This document shows positions 10,065 to 20,796 of a DNA stretch of 64,000 bases, piece by piece. A program made the position numbers and the translations under genes. This DNA comes from Terriglobia bacterium (lineage in GTDB: Bacteria; Acidobacteriota; Terriglobia; JAJPHL01; JAPKYU01), in assembly GCA_965206645.1 (NCBI GenBank), contig CBDBKE010000004.1, positions 416,001 through 480,000 of the forward strand. Reading direction: 5' to 3'. The notes beneath the pieces are model-generated. The model searched no databases and had not been told where the DNA came from. It was given only the letters and a program-made list of their open reading frames with translations. How positions within the stretch are numbered: position 1 is the stretch's first letter; each line of letters opens with the position of its first letter.

Positions 10065-11054
10065 TCAGCCTTTGCGCTCCAGCACGTCGCGGTTCACCAG
10101 GGTGGGCGGGGTGCGCCCACTCAGTCCGGCAATGCAGTTCTCGGCAGCCAGAAGCGCCATGCGATCCCGCGTGGCCACAGAGCCGCTGGCAATGTGTGGC
10201 GCCAGCACCGCGTTGTCCAGCTTCAGCAGCTCGGGATGCACCTTGGGCTCGCGCTCAAACACGTCCAGGCCGGCGCCGGCCAGCCGGCCCGCCTTGAGGG
10301 CGTCTACCAGAGCCTGCTCATCCACCACCGGCCCACGCGCGGTGTTGATGAGGATGGCGGTGGGCTTCATCAGCGCCAGTGTCTCCGCGTTAATCAGATG
10401 CCGTGTTGTGGGCAGCAGCGGCACGTGCAAACTCAGGAAATCGGCCTCGCGCAGCACCGTGTCCCTCGGTACGAATTCCACACCCAACTCGCGCTCCACC
10501 TCCGGCTTGGGGCGAAACTCGTCGTAATAGATCACCCGCATGTCAAACCCGCGAGCGCGGCGCGCCATGCTGGCGCCGATCCGCCCGATTCCCAGCAGAC
10601 CCAGCGTGGCATGGTGGATGTCGGCTCCCAGGAACAGGTCCATCTTCCATTCCTTGAATTCCCCAGCACGCACGAAGCGGTCGGCCTCGGCGACGCGACG
10701 CGCCGTGGTCATCAGCAGGGTGAAGGCGAAATCGGCGGTGGTGTCGGTGAGTACATCCGGCGTGTTGGTGAGCATCACGCCGTGGCGAGTGGCGGCCGCT
10801 ACGTCCATATTGTCGAAGCCGACAGCCACGTTGCAGGCGATCTTCAAACCGGGTGTGGCGGCGAGCAGCTCCTCATTGATCTTGTCCTGTAGCAGGCAGA
10901 TCAGCCCTTGCCGGCCGGCCAGCCGGCCCCGCAACTCCTCGGCCGACAGCGCCCGGTCTTCTTCGTTGACATCCACGTCGTAATTTTGCTTCAGCATCTC
11001 GATCGCTTTCTGCGGGATGCGTCGGGAAACCAGAACTTTGGCACGTTCGCTCAT
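10065..11054 (-). CDS. D-glycerate dehydrogenase / glyoxylate reductase (2-hydroxyacid dehydrogenase)
   Basis: AVGFDN, NTPDVLT, GIGRIG, INTARGPVVDE, GLDVFEREP, PHIAS. Confidence 0.9.
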   Translation of the reverse strand: MSERAKVLVSRRIPQKAIEMLKQNYDVDVNEEDRALSAEELRGRLAGRQGLICLLQDKINEELLAATPGLKIACNVAVGFDNMDVAAATRHGVMLTNTPDVLTDTTADFAFTLLMTTARRVAEADRFVRAGEFKEWKMDLFLGADIHHATLGLLGIGRIGASMARRARGFDMRVIYYDEFRPKPEVERELGVEFVPRDTVLREADFLSLHVPLLPTTRHLINAETLALMKPTAILINTARGPVVDEQALVDALKAGRLAGAGLDVFEREPKVHPELLKLDNAVLAPHIASGSVATRDRMALLAAENCIAGLSGRTPPTLVNRDVLERKG

Positions 11055-11201
11055 AGAGGCCTCGTTTCAGATAATCAGCGGCCCATCCTACAGTCTTGAC
11101 GCTTGCCGCGCAAGTGGGTGGTGCCATTGGGCAAACAGTCCCCCAGGCCACTCAGGCGCCAGGTGGTGCCCGAGGGAACTTAGCCTGTTCCCATCCGGGG
11201 C

Positions 11202-12122
11202 ATGAAACCTTGCAGGCGCGGGTGGAATCATATTAAGTGCAGGCTTTTTTGCGCAAGGAACGGCTTGCTGGCAATGGCTATAGAGACGAGGTCGGCGAAG
11301 CGGCTTTCGATCCTGCCGAAACCTTTGGCCGCTATCTTGCTGCTTTCGCTTCTCTATTCGGGCAGTTCGGTCGAGCCGCGCCCGACCAAAGAAAATCCGA
11401 GCCCGGCGCCTGCCCTTGAGAGTCCGGGGCACTACAGTTGGGACAAGGTCCGGGGCGGGATGCGGGAACTCCGCAGCCGATTTGACGCCAAGCAGCTCGC
11501 GTTGCTGGAAAAATTGAATCGCAGCGACCTGCGCCATCTTGCCCGACAGGATGGTCTTGTGATTCCCGAGCGGTGGGACCTCGATGAGCTTGCCTACAGC
11601 TCGCTTGCTCACACCTACACTTGGGCCGAGCAATACCCCAAAGCCGTCGTCATCCGCCAACCACTACAAGTGTTCGGCGCGTACCAGAAGGGGAAGCTGG
11701 TTCACTGGGGCCCGGTCAGCACGGGACGAAAAACCGCGCCCACCCCGTCCGGTCTTTTCCACATGAACTGGAAGTCCAAGGGGCGCCACAGCACGGTCAA
11801 CGCGTCCTGGTTCATGCGCTGGTACTTCAACTTCCACCCAAAACGCGGGCTGGCTCTGCATGCGTATGGATTGCCGGGACACCCGGCCAGCCATGCCTGC
11901 GTGCGTCTGCTGCCCCGCGACGCCAAATGGCTATTCCATTGGGGGGAAGGCTGGAAGCTTGGCCCGCACAGCTGGGACGTGGGAGAGCAAGGCACCCCGG
12001 TGCTCATCCTGGGTCATTACGACTTCAATTCCCCGCCCCCCTGGCACTCCACTGACCGCATTCAGGCAGCGACCAATCTGCCGGTGCCCACCCCTGAACG
12101 CCCCATTCCCAACTCCGGCTGA
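11202..12122 (+). CDS. L,D-transpeptidase (YkuD family), exported
   Basis: GPVSTG...TPSG and LH...PASHACVRL catalytic motif; start may be ATG 11274. Confidence 0.85.
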   Translation: MKPCRRGWNHIKCRLFCARNGLLAMAIETRSAKRLSILPKPLAAILLLSLLYSGSSVEPRPTKENPSPAPALESPGHYSWDKVRGGMRELRSRFDAKQLALLEKLNRSDLRHLARQDGLVIPERWDLDELAYSSLAHTYTWAEQYPKAVVIRQPLQVFGAYQKGKLVHWGPVSTGRKTAPTPSGLFHMNWKSKGRHSTVNASWFMRWYFNFHPKRGLALHAYGLPGHPASHACVRLLPRDAKWLFHWGEGWKLGPHSWDVGEQGTPVLILGHYDFNSPPPWHSTDRIQAATNLPVPTPERPIPNSG

Positions 12123-12318
12123 GATCCACCCGCCTGAGATACACGTGGGGGTAATGGGTCAGTTTCCGGAAGGGCGTTCAGTGCCGGTGATTCTAGAACC
12201 ATGCTACTAAGCTGAGAAAGGCCTCGGCCGCTGCAATCCCAAGCTAGACGACACGCCAAGATCAATGTACCGTCTCGTGAAATATGCCGGCGAAGAGCCG
12301 CAGACTGCGCAAAATCCT

Positions 12319-12761
12319 TTACTGAGGGTCACGTTCAATCAATTCGGCGATTGTATGGTGCTCGATTCCGCCTTTTGCAGGGTGATGGGCTTTAAGGATG
12401 ACCAGTTGGAAACGACCTTGGGTGGCACCAGCGCGTAGGTCTAGCACGGATTCCTTCGACCAGTGACCAAGATTGCCGTGAGGGCCTACGGAGGTGACCT
12501 TGTAGGGCTTGTGGCCGGTTGCGATCGTTGGATGGCCGATGTCAGAGATGTCGACATAGTGGGAACCCGAGCCGCCGCTGATGCCAATAAAACCGGCTCC
12601 ACACGTCATACGGTGAGCCTGAAAATCCTCTAGTTCGACCGGTTCCACCTTTTCGATTCCGACTTCTTCGCCGAAGCGGACAATTTGGAGTATATGGCTC
12701 CCAGACTCGCCGACACACCGCGTCTCATAGGCAAGGTAACCGTTGCCAGCACAGAAGTAGC
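12319..12761 (-). pseudogene. Hypothetical gene fragment truncated by IS256
   Basis: Open frame running directly into the IS256 left end. Confidence 0.35.
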
Positions 12762-14199
12762 GAGAGTGTCTCACCTTTAGTTGAAAGTTGAGCGGCGGTT
12801 CGCTGACCTGGTTCCGTAGAATCGGGTTGGGAAACTTTCTGGAAAGGGGAACCGCCGTGCAGAGAAGCTACCACATCCTAGGCCGGAGCGATAGCCGAAG
12901 CTCCCGCAAACTGGCTGCCTACCTGGCTCGCCACGGGCAGTTTCTGCTGCCCTGGGTGGAGTTGATCGAACAATCGCGGTTAGCCGTCGACGAGCTGATC
13001 GACGTGGTGGGTAGGGCGGCGATTGAAGCGGTGCTGGAGTTGTCGGCCGCGCAGGTGGCCGGTCCACGCCGTCAGGGCCGGCGGCGCCGTGGGGTGGGCT
13101 GGTATGGGCGCCAGCGGGGACGGGTGCGCCTGAAGGAGAGAAAGCTGGCCGTGCACAGGCCACGGCTCCGGCGGCCAGGCCGGGGAGCGGGGAAAGAAGT
13201 TCCCCTCCCGGCCTACGAAGCCATGCAGGAGGGCGAGGGTCTGGGGGCCCGGATGTTGGATATCTTGCTGCGGGGCGTCTCGACCCGGCAGTACCAGCGG
13301 GTGTTGCCGGAGATGGCGGACACCGTGGGTGTGTCGCGCTCCACGGTCAGCCGGGAAACGATGGAGGCTGCCGCAGCCGAGTTAGAACGTCTGTTGAACC
13401 GCCGCTTCGAGGAAGTAGAGTTGCTGATCCTCTACATCGACGGGATGGTGTTTGGCGACCATCACGTGATTGCGGCTGTGGGCGTGGATGCGGAAGGGCA
13501 CAAGCACGTGCTGGGGATTCAGCAGGGGGCTACGGAGAACGCCGCGGCCGTCCAGGACTTGCTGGAAGGTTTAGTGCGGCGAGGGGTGCAGCCGGCCCAG
13601 AAACGGCTGTTTGTGATCGACGGCTCGAAGGCCTTGCGGGCGGCGATCCGCGCCGTGTTCGGGGCCGAGCAGCCGGTGCAGCGCTGCCGCGCCCACAAGT
13701 TGCGCAACGTCCTGGACCGGTTGCCGGAGCCAGAGCGGGACCAGGTGCGGGCGGCGATGCGGGCCGCCTGGCGGTTGGATCCGAAGACCGGCAGGGCCAA
13801 GCTGGAGAAGTTGGCCCAATGGTTGGAGCGAGATTGTCCGGCCGCGGCGGCCAGCTTACGGGAGGGTCTGGAGGAATGTTTCACCATCAACCGGCTGGGG
13901 CTTCCGGCTTCGCTACATCGCTGTCTGGCACCACCAATCTCATCGAGAGTCCGCAGGCGGGAGTGAGGTTGCGAACTCGCCGGGTGTGCCGCTGGCGGGA
14001 TGCGGCCATGGTCCAGCGCTGGGTCGCCTCCAGCTTCCTGGCCACGGAGAAAAACTTCCGCCGCCTGATGGGGTACCAGGACCTGTGGATGTTGAAAGCG
14101 ATCCTCGAAGGATCAAAGTCGGCCACTCGACGGGAGGTGGCGTAGTATGATGGCTCCGAACCGCCGCTACGAACTTTCAACTGAGTTCAGGACACCCTC
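12762..14199 (+). mobile_element. IS256-family element with frameshifted transposase (12857..14145)
   Basis: IRs GAGAGTGTCTCACCTTTAGTTGAAAGTT / GAGGGTGTCCTGAACTCAGTTGAAAGTT; GVSTR, YIDG, IDGSKAL, QRCRAHK; frame break near 13930 before TTNLIES. Confidence 0.9.
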
Positions 14200-14461
14200 C
14201 TCTCATGATCAAATGTTAACTCGTGTCGTCTAACTTATGTTTGGCCGACCTGGATGAAACCGGCCCTGGCCGCCCTAAGACGAAACCCCTGCACGCGGGT
14301 CGCGGCGAGTTGTTCATGAAGCTCCGCTCCAAGAAACTTTTGGTGCTGGAAACCATACTTCAACTAGAACGCCCGGTCAACCTGGGCTCCCCGACCTGGA
14401 TGTATAGTCGGCTTACCGAAAACTGACCCACTACTCGGCTGGGATACACTTTGGTGCCGCG

Positions 14462-15694
14462 TTACTTTTCCCGGTAGGCGGCCAGGGCCGGGTGGTGCAG
14501 ACCGTGCCGGCGAATGAACCAGATGACAGACAAGAAGCAGATGCCTCCAGCCACCTGCGCCGCCAGCGCGGTGTGCATTGCGGTCAGCAAGCCGTAGCGG
14601 TCGGCGATTTTTCCAACCAGCCATCCTGCAGGGACGGTGGCGCAGAGGTTCACAAAGAAGTAATTTAACCCCAGCGCGGTGGCATGGGCGCGCGCCGGAA
14701 TCAGGTCATGGATGGTAGCGGCCGACGGCCCGTGGTACCAGGTCATGAAGAAGCTGCCCAGGGCGAAGGCGCCGAGGAAGTGCAATTTGCTCGGCGTGTT
14801 CAGCGCGTACAGGATGAGCGGCGCAGAGATTAGAAATCCTAGCGAAATCGCCAGAACACGACCCCCGGGAAAGACGCGCGCCAAGCGGTCGGCCAGGGCG
14901 GCGCCGGTCAGGACCCCGAAAATGCCGGCGACCACTACGATCGAGCCCAGGCTGATGCCGGCTTCGCGCAGTCCCATACCTTTATGTTCGTGAACGAAGG
15001 TTGCGCCCCAAATGACATAGGTGTGACCAGCAAAGGTGATGAACCAGCTGCTCACCATCACCATCAGGAAGGCCGGGACCCGCAGCAGATCACGGATGGG
15101 GACTTGCTTTTCACTGCGCTCGCGGCGGGGTTCCGGCAGGCGCAGGACCGTCAGCGCCAGAATCAACCCCGGGATCCCGACCAGGAAAAAAGCCGGGCGC
15201 CAGCCCACCCACTCCGCCAGGATGCCGCCCAGGGCAATTCCCATGGCGCCGCCGATGAACATGCCCAGGTCGAATCTCCCCTGCACCCGGGCGCGGACTT
15301 CGCCAGGAAATGTAGCCGTCACGATGGCGCTAGCGGCCGGCGTATAAGCAGCTTCGCCCACTCCCACCATGGCCCTTGCCACGAGCAAGGAGCGGAAGGA
15401 GGTGGCGAGGCCGCTTAGGAAAGTTGCCCCGCTCCAGAACAAAATGCCGTAGCTGATCACTTTCTTGCGCGAGGTGCGGTCGGCCAAAATGCCCAGCGGC
15501 AGGGTGCCCACGGCATGGACAACACTGAAGACTGCAACCAGCAAGCCGATCTGCGAATAGTTAAGCGCAAACTCCGCGCCAATCAGCGGGAACAGCGGGT
15601 AAATGATCTGCCGGTCCAGATAGTTGACAAAATTCAGCAGCGCCAGGATCAGCAGGACTTTCTTCTGAGGGCCGGTGAAACGTGGCGTTGCCAT
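14462..15694 (-). CDS. MFS transporter (spinster-like)
   Basis: NFVNYLDRQI, GILADRTSRK, RAMVGVGEA, GWRPAF; multiple hydrophobic helices. Confidence 0.9.
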   Translation of the reverse strand: MATPRFTGPQKKVLLILALLNFVNYLDRQIIYPLFPLIGAEFALNYSQIGLLVAVFSVVHAVGTLPLGILADRTSRKKVISYGILFWSGATFLSGLATSFRSLLVARAMVGVGEAAYTPAASAIVTATFPGEVRARVQGRFDLGMFIGGAMGIALGGILAEWVGWRPAFFLVGIPGLILALTVLRLPEPRRERSEKQVPIRDLLRVPAFLMVMVSSWFITFAGHTYVIWGATFVHEHKGMGLREAGISLGSIVVVAGIFGVLTGAALADRLARVFPGGRVLAISLGFLISAPLILYALNTPSKLHFLGAFALGSFFMTWYHGPSAATIHDLIPARAHATALGLNYFFVNLCATVPAGWLVGKIADRYGLLTAMHTALAAQVAGGICFLSVIWFIRRHGLHHPALAAYREK

Positions 15695-15930
15695 CGCTGC
15701 CTCCACACAGAGCGGTTGCCTCCACACAGAGCCCCCAGGGGGGAGGCCGTCGCTTTTCGAACGCCGAGTCTCGTCCACGCGGGCGCGGTTGTCAACCAAC
15801 TTCGGCGCGCTGTCCGACAATGTTAGTGGGTATGCGGTGGCGGGCTGCCTAGTCTAAAGTAATAGGTTGGTCGCTATATGTTATTAGTTACAACAAATAG
15901 ACTTATACGCAACACCCATTCTTTGATTAT

Positions 15931-17255
15931 TCATAGTCTTTCTTGGAAGACGAAATAAGAGGACGTCCACATGTGGGTGGGGATGGAGCCCGGGGCGGCT
16001 GCCGTCAGGATGATTTTGAACAGGTCGCCGTCGCCCAGCGTCTCGAGCAGGTTCTGAGAAGCCCGCAGAGGCTCGACCCGCGCCAGATAGCTCAGGATGT
16101 CGAAAATGACCTCGGTCGCCGGTGCCGGCCGGGTGCGAAAATCGTCGGCGACGAACTCCAGTTGCGAATCAATCTCGTGGAAGTGCCATGCCAGCGCGGC
16201 GCAAAAGTCTACGGCTCGTTCGAACCGCTCCAGCATTTTCCCGTCTGGGAGCTGACCGGGCGGCCCGACATCGGGTAAGCAGCGGTCAAAGACCAGTTGC
16301 ACCCGCCGCTCGTCCTCCCGTGCGAACTCCCGCACCTTCAAGGCGGAGGTGTGAGCCGACGCCTTCCAATCCACAACGCGTGCGCTGTCGCTAGGTTGGT
16401 AGTCGCGGATGTTGTACAGGTCGTGCCCCCGCCCGCGGTAGAAGCTCTCCAGTTCCCCGCTGAGCAGCGGCAGGATTTCATGAAACTCCTCGGTCGGCTC
16501 CACCGCCGGATAAACCAGCAGCTCGTGGTGTACGGGCACCTTCAGTACTTTTTCTAAATAACCGAATGGGAAGCGGGACCGGAGCGCGAACTGCTCCTGG
16601 CGATAGCTGCCCCGATGAGGAAAGCGCACCTCGATCGACTGCGCTACGGTAGAACCGCCCCGCAGGTAGGGGAAGTAGACGCCCGGCCCGAGCAGGTCAT
16701 CGATGGGCGTTTCCGGCGGATGCGTTGCAGCCAGCGCTTCGACGTCTCTAACCCTGTCACGGCCACTGAGAAGGACGGTAGCCGCCACTTGCCGTTGCGG
16801 AGTCGCACGCGGGCAAGCGCAGGCTGGCGGGCAAAGACGTGGTCAGGCAGCAGAATGTCCAGCTCCAGGCTCCGCAGCACCATGCCCGACACCACCCCGG
16901 AGACCAGCAAGGAAGCCAACATCGCCGCCAGGATTAGAAACAGCATATTGTTCCCGGTGTTCAGCGCGGCGATACTCGGCACGAAGATGCTGCCTATGAA
17001 CAACGAGCCGGCGCGCGTCAGGTGATAATCCACGCCGGCCCGGAGCCAGCCGATGTTTGTGCGCCGTGCCAGGTAGGGGACCGTCGTCACGGCAACGAAG
17101 CCGGCCAGAGCCAGGGCCAGCGAACCGGTCACGGCGACGCCCAGCAGGCTGCCCTCCTTCGCCAACACGCCGGAATACACCGCCATCAGGAAGGCAATGG
17201 AAAGGGCCAGCATCCCCCCTCCAAACCGCTTCCAGGCGGGAACGTCAACTGCCAT
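15931..17255 (-). pseudogene. DUF58-domain protein, frameshifted near 16700-16760
   Basis: AALNTGNNMLFL in one frame; SRFPFG, LVYP, IRDYQPSD, VDWKASA and VREF in another. Confidence 0.8.
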
Positions 17256-17304
17256 AGGGGATCAGAAAAACGCTGTGCTACAATGGAGAGCGGTCAGAAA
17301 CCAA

Positions 17305-17354
17305 TGGTGGGCGACAGGGGACTCGAACCTCTGACCTCCTGCGTGTGAAGCAGG
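17305..17354 (-). tRNA. 3' half of tRNA-Val(CAC); att site of an integrated element, not an intact tRNA
   Basis: CCTGC-TTCACAC-GCAGG anticodon arm, GGTTCGAGTCC T-arm and CCA end; D-arm and 5' acceptor strand are absent. Confidence 0.85.
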
Positions 17355-17462
17355 TCACGTCCTTCTTTCAGTTACATTGCTTCCATCCGTTTCCTCGTAT
17401 TATCAATAACTTGGGGAACCTGCTTTCACTCAGTCAGCAACCCCACTCGCTTCCGAACATAG

Positions 17463-17487
17463 GGTTTTGATACGGTTTTGATACGGT
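17463..17487. repeat. Tandem 11-bp repeat, possible integrase arm-type sites
   Basis: GGTTTTGATAC x2 about 110 bp inside the att site. Confidence 0.55.
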
Positions 17488-17630
17488 ACCATCTTCTTTA
17501 GAGGCGCAGAGCCGCCCTTTCCACGACTCCCCTTCATTTCGTCCTCTTGCACTTTTCTTCAAGCTGGTACGTCATGTCCTCAGAACCTGTTTTTAGCAAT
17601 CAATATGCTCTTGCGAACGGTGCCGTTCAG

Positions 17631-18237
17631 CTAGCAGGGCTTCCGTTTCAGACAGATCCCTTCCCCGATCACGATGAAGGCCGCCGCCCGCGCCGTCCCA
17701 TCGAGGATCGCCGAAAGCTCTTTCCAGTACGCCATCACGGCGGCGCACCACTTGGACAGATCGCGCTCCGATGCGTAGAGGTTATCTCCGGCGAGTGGTG
17801 CGACGAACCAGGACGCCAGCACCGCCGCGAGAGGTGATTTCGCATCGTCGCCTTTCTTCGCCCATCCGAGCCGCGAGAGGACTGGGTTTAGGAAGAGATC
17901 GGGCCGAAGTTTTGCCAGCTCGCTAGCAGATGGTCCCGCCCCGTGCTTGATTGCGTTCGCGGCCATCCTGAGTTTGTAGAGCTTCCCGGCGCAGGCGAAA
18001 CTCCGGCACTCGACGCCGTATGCGGCCAGACGCTTTTCGAGTTCCGCCGTCTGGAACGATCCATTTTCTTCCCTGGCCGCTTCGGCTGCCGCAGCCGCTT
18101 CTTCCGCGATGCCACCAAACGCCGGAGCCACCCTTCTCAAGTGCCCCGGCGTGAAAACCTTGGATCGCTGGAACGTAGACCCCCCGAAAATAATGGGCCC
18201 AGAACCGGGCATTCGGAACCATGTACCCATGGTACAT
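17631..18237 (-). pseudogene. Hypothetical HEPN-like protein, frameshifted
   Basis: LRMAANAIKHG motif; N-terminus MYHGY... lies in another frame. Confidence 0.4.
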
Positions 18238-18349
18238 CGCCCGGCCGGCATCCGGTCTCGACGCGCCGGGGCACCCCGGCCGCGTTCGGCGCGTGGGCCG
18301 CGCTCGATCCGGACATCGACTCCTACATGTCACAGGCGACGTTCTTCCG

Positions 18350-18710
18350 TCACAGGTCCTTCACACTATTGTTGAGCTGCTGGGCGCCATCGGCATATAC
18401 CAGCAAATCATCCTTCCCGAATACAGCAATGTTGTTGCGATTCCCCAAAAACGCGCCTCCGGCCTGACGCTCATGCAAGATGAGGAACCCTGCCGCCGTC
18501 CGGTCGGCGGTAATGCGGACGTTCAGACAGAATCGGCGTAACTTCTTCATCACCTCGATAGTCTGAGGCTCTGTCGTGCCACTTGTCCCGCTAAAACTCG
18601 ACACTACTGAGCCTTGTACAAATACCGTGACTCCGGGCGCATCCTCATTGAGCATCCGTGTTCATGGCGATCACTAAAACCAGCACCACTCCAGCAACTA
18701 ATGTTCGCAT
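18350..18710 (-). pseudogene. Small secreted hypothetical protein with a 1-nt frameshift
   Basis: Signal peptide MRTLVAGVVLVLVIAMNTDAQ after a GGAGG RBS; continues as EDAPGVTVFV in a shifted frame. Confidence 0.45.
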
Positions 18711-18804
18711 AGCGATAGTCCCTCCTTCAGAAGTTTCCCGGCTGCTCCAGCCTCGGTTATCCGACCGGAGGCGACAATGCCCCAGCTCCCGCCGCTTCGT
18801 GGGG

Positions 18805-19229
18805 TCAGTCCAACCGGGCTCCTTGGCGCCATTGCCAGGGCTTGATGAATTGTCCTTGCCAGATACCACGATTGTCTTTCCGGGCTTCATCTTCAGCGGC
18901 AACGTACCGTTTCGAGAAGCGCCGATAAGCAAGTGCTTGGCCTTGACGGACAAGCCATCCGTTCAAGTCCATGTCGTCCAGGTAGCAGACGGAAATCAAA
19001 CGGCCGTACTGGTCCCTCGTGTCACCCTTGCACGTGATGGACGCCTTGCCGATCTTTACACGCAGTGCCGAAGTCGCCTCCTTTCCGCAATCGTAGCGCT
19101 TCCCGTCACGCTTGCACGTCTGTCTTGATTCCGGCGCGTCAATCCCCTCCAGGCGCAACTTTTCACCGGCAATCTCCACGGTGTCGGCGTCGATGATGCG
19201 AGCCACGCCGGTCAGAGTTTCGGCACTGC
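18805..19229 (-). pseudogene. Thermonuclease (SNase-like) gene, 5' end removed at IS3
   Basis: IIDADT, RLEGIDAPE, DQYGR, LVRQGQA and RGIWQG motifs. Confidence 0.85.
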
Positions 19230-20509
19230 TGACCTGCCTGGCGATTTCCGGACCAGCTGAAGCCTGAGAGAATGGCGCCCTCGGAGAAACGAGGGAGCCA
19301 TGAAGAAGACCCGGTTTACCGAAGAGCAGATGGTGACGATCCTCCGCGAGGCCGATCAGCGGCCCGTTCCGGAGGTGGCCAAAAAGAACGGCGTCAGCGC
19401 CCAGACGCTCTACGCCTGGCGGAAACACTTCGGCACGTTGGAGCCCGCCGATGTGAAGCGGCTGCGGCAGCTCGAGCAGGAGAACGGCCGGCTGAAAAAG
19501 ATGGTGGCCGATCGAGATCTGGAGATCGACGTGCTCAAGGAGATCACCCGAAAAAAATGGTAGGCGCACGCGTGCGCCGGCCGCAGGTCGCGTATGCACG
19601 TGCACGCGGTCTGTCGGGTCGCCGCGCGTGCGCCTTGCTCTCCGTCGCACGGTCCACGCTGGGCTACCAGTCGCGGCTGGTCGACCGGGATGCCCCGGCG
19701 CTGGCCGCGATGCGTCGTCTGGCGGCGCAGTATCCGCGGTACGGCTATCGCCGGATTCGGATTTTCCTAAAACGCGAAGGGCACACGATGAGCACGGACC
19801 GGACCCATCGCCTCTGGCGCCAGGCGGGGTTGCAGGTGCCTCGGCGGCGGCCGCGGCGCCGGGTCGCCCTGAGCCGGCCCCGCCCGGTGCCCGCCACTGC
19901 GGTCAATCACGTCTGGGCGTACGACTTCGTGTTCGACACCTGCGCGAATGGGCAGACGCTCAAGTGCCTCACCGTCGTCGACGAATGGACCCGCGAGTCA
20001 CTCGCGATCGACGTGGCCGGCGGCATTCGGTCCGGGCGCGTTATCGAGGTGCTCACGCAGCTCGTGAGCGTCCACGGAGCCCCACGTTACCTCCGGTCCG
20101 ACAACGGCCCCGAGTTTGTCGCGGGTGCGATTCTCCGGTGGCTGCTCCAGGCGCAGATCGAAACCGCGCTCATCGAGCCGGGGAAGCCGTGGCAGAATGC
20201 GACCGACGAATCGTTCAACGGGAAGTTCCGCGACGAGTATCTGAGCCTGCAGTGGTTTCGGAACCGCGTGGACGCGAAGGTGGGGATCGAGCAATGGCGA
20301 CGGCACTACAACGACGTGCGACCGCACTCGAGCCTTGGCTATCTGACGCCAGCCGAGTTCAAAGCGCAGCTCCGTGCTGGCTCGGATGACGGTGGGCGCT
20401 CGCCGGCGATGCCGGCTCACGCTGACCAAGAAGAACACGAGAGCGACTTAACCATGCCGACTGGCGCTGTTCTCCAGTAATCGGTGGTCCGAAGAAAGCC
20501 GGCAGGTCA
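19230..20509 (+). mobile_element. IS3-family element (OrfA 19300..19563; OrfB to 20480 via -1 frameshift)
   Basis: TG...CA ends with IR TGACCTGCC..GGACCA; A7 slippery site near 19551; WAYDF, SDNGPEF, ESFNGKFRDE. Confidence 0.93.
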
Positions 20510-20796
20510 CAACAATGCTTCAACTCGAACGCCCGCAGGCCATACAAAGACAGGAGTAACCTGATGCTTACCGTTGCCGCGTTCCCGCGGGTGTCGCCGC
20601 GAACCCGTTGCTACTGCCTGTAATCTAGAAAGCAACTCAAACACCTTCTGAGCAGCGGTTGGCGAAGATCCGGTCGCTGAAGGCCGTCTTCACAGGACAA
20701 ATCCGCGGGGTTTTCAAAATTGCGCTACATCAAGCCGGCGCACTTCGGAGAGGCTTGGTTTTCTAATTCCCTTCCAAGGTCGACGAACGGATCACA

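Noticed and set aside
18350-18352. Terminal TGA after NSVKDL as possible Sec
   Set aside because: The gene is already frameshifted and there is no convincing downstream hairpin.
18805-19650. 281-aa ORF as a novel nuclease fusion
   Set aside because: The N-terminal half is antisense IS3 sequence; only the SNase part is real.
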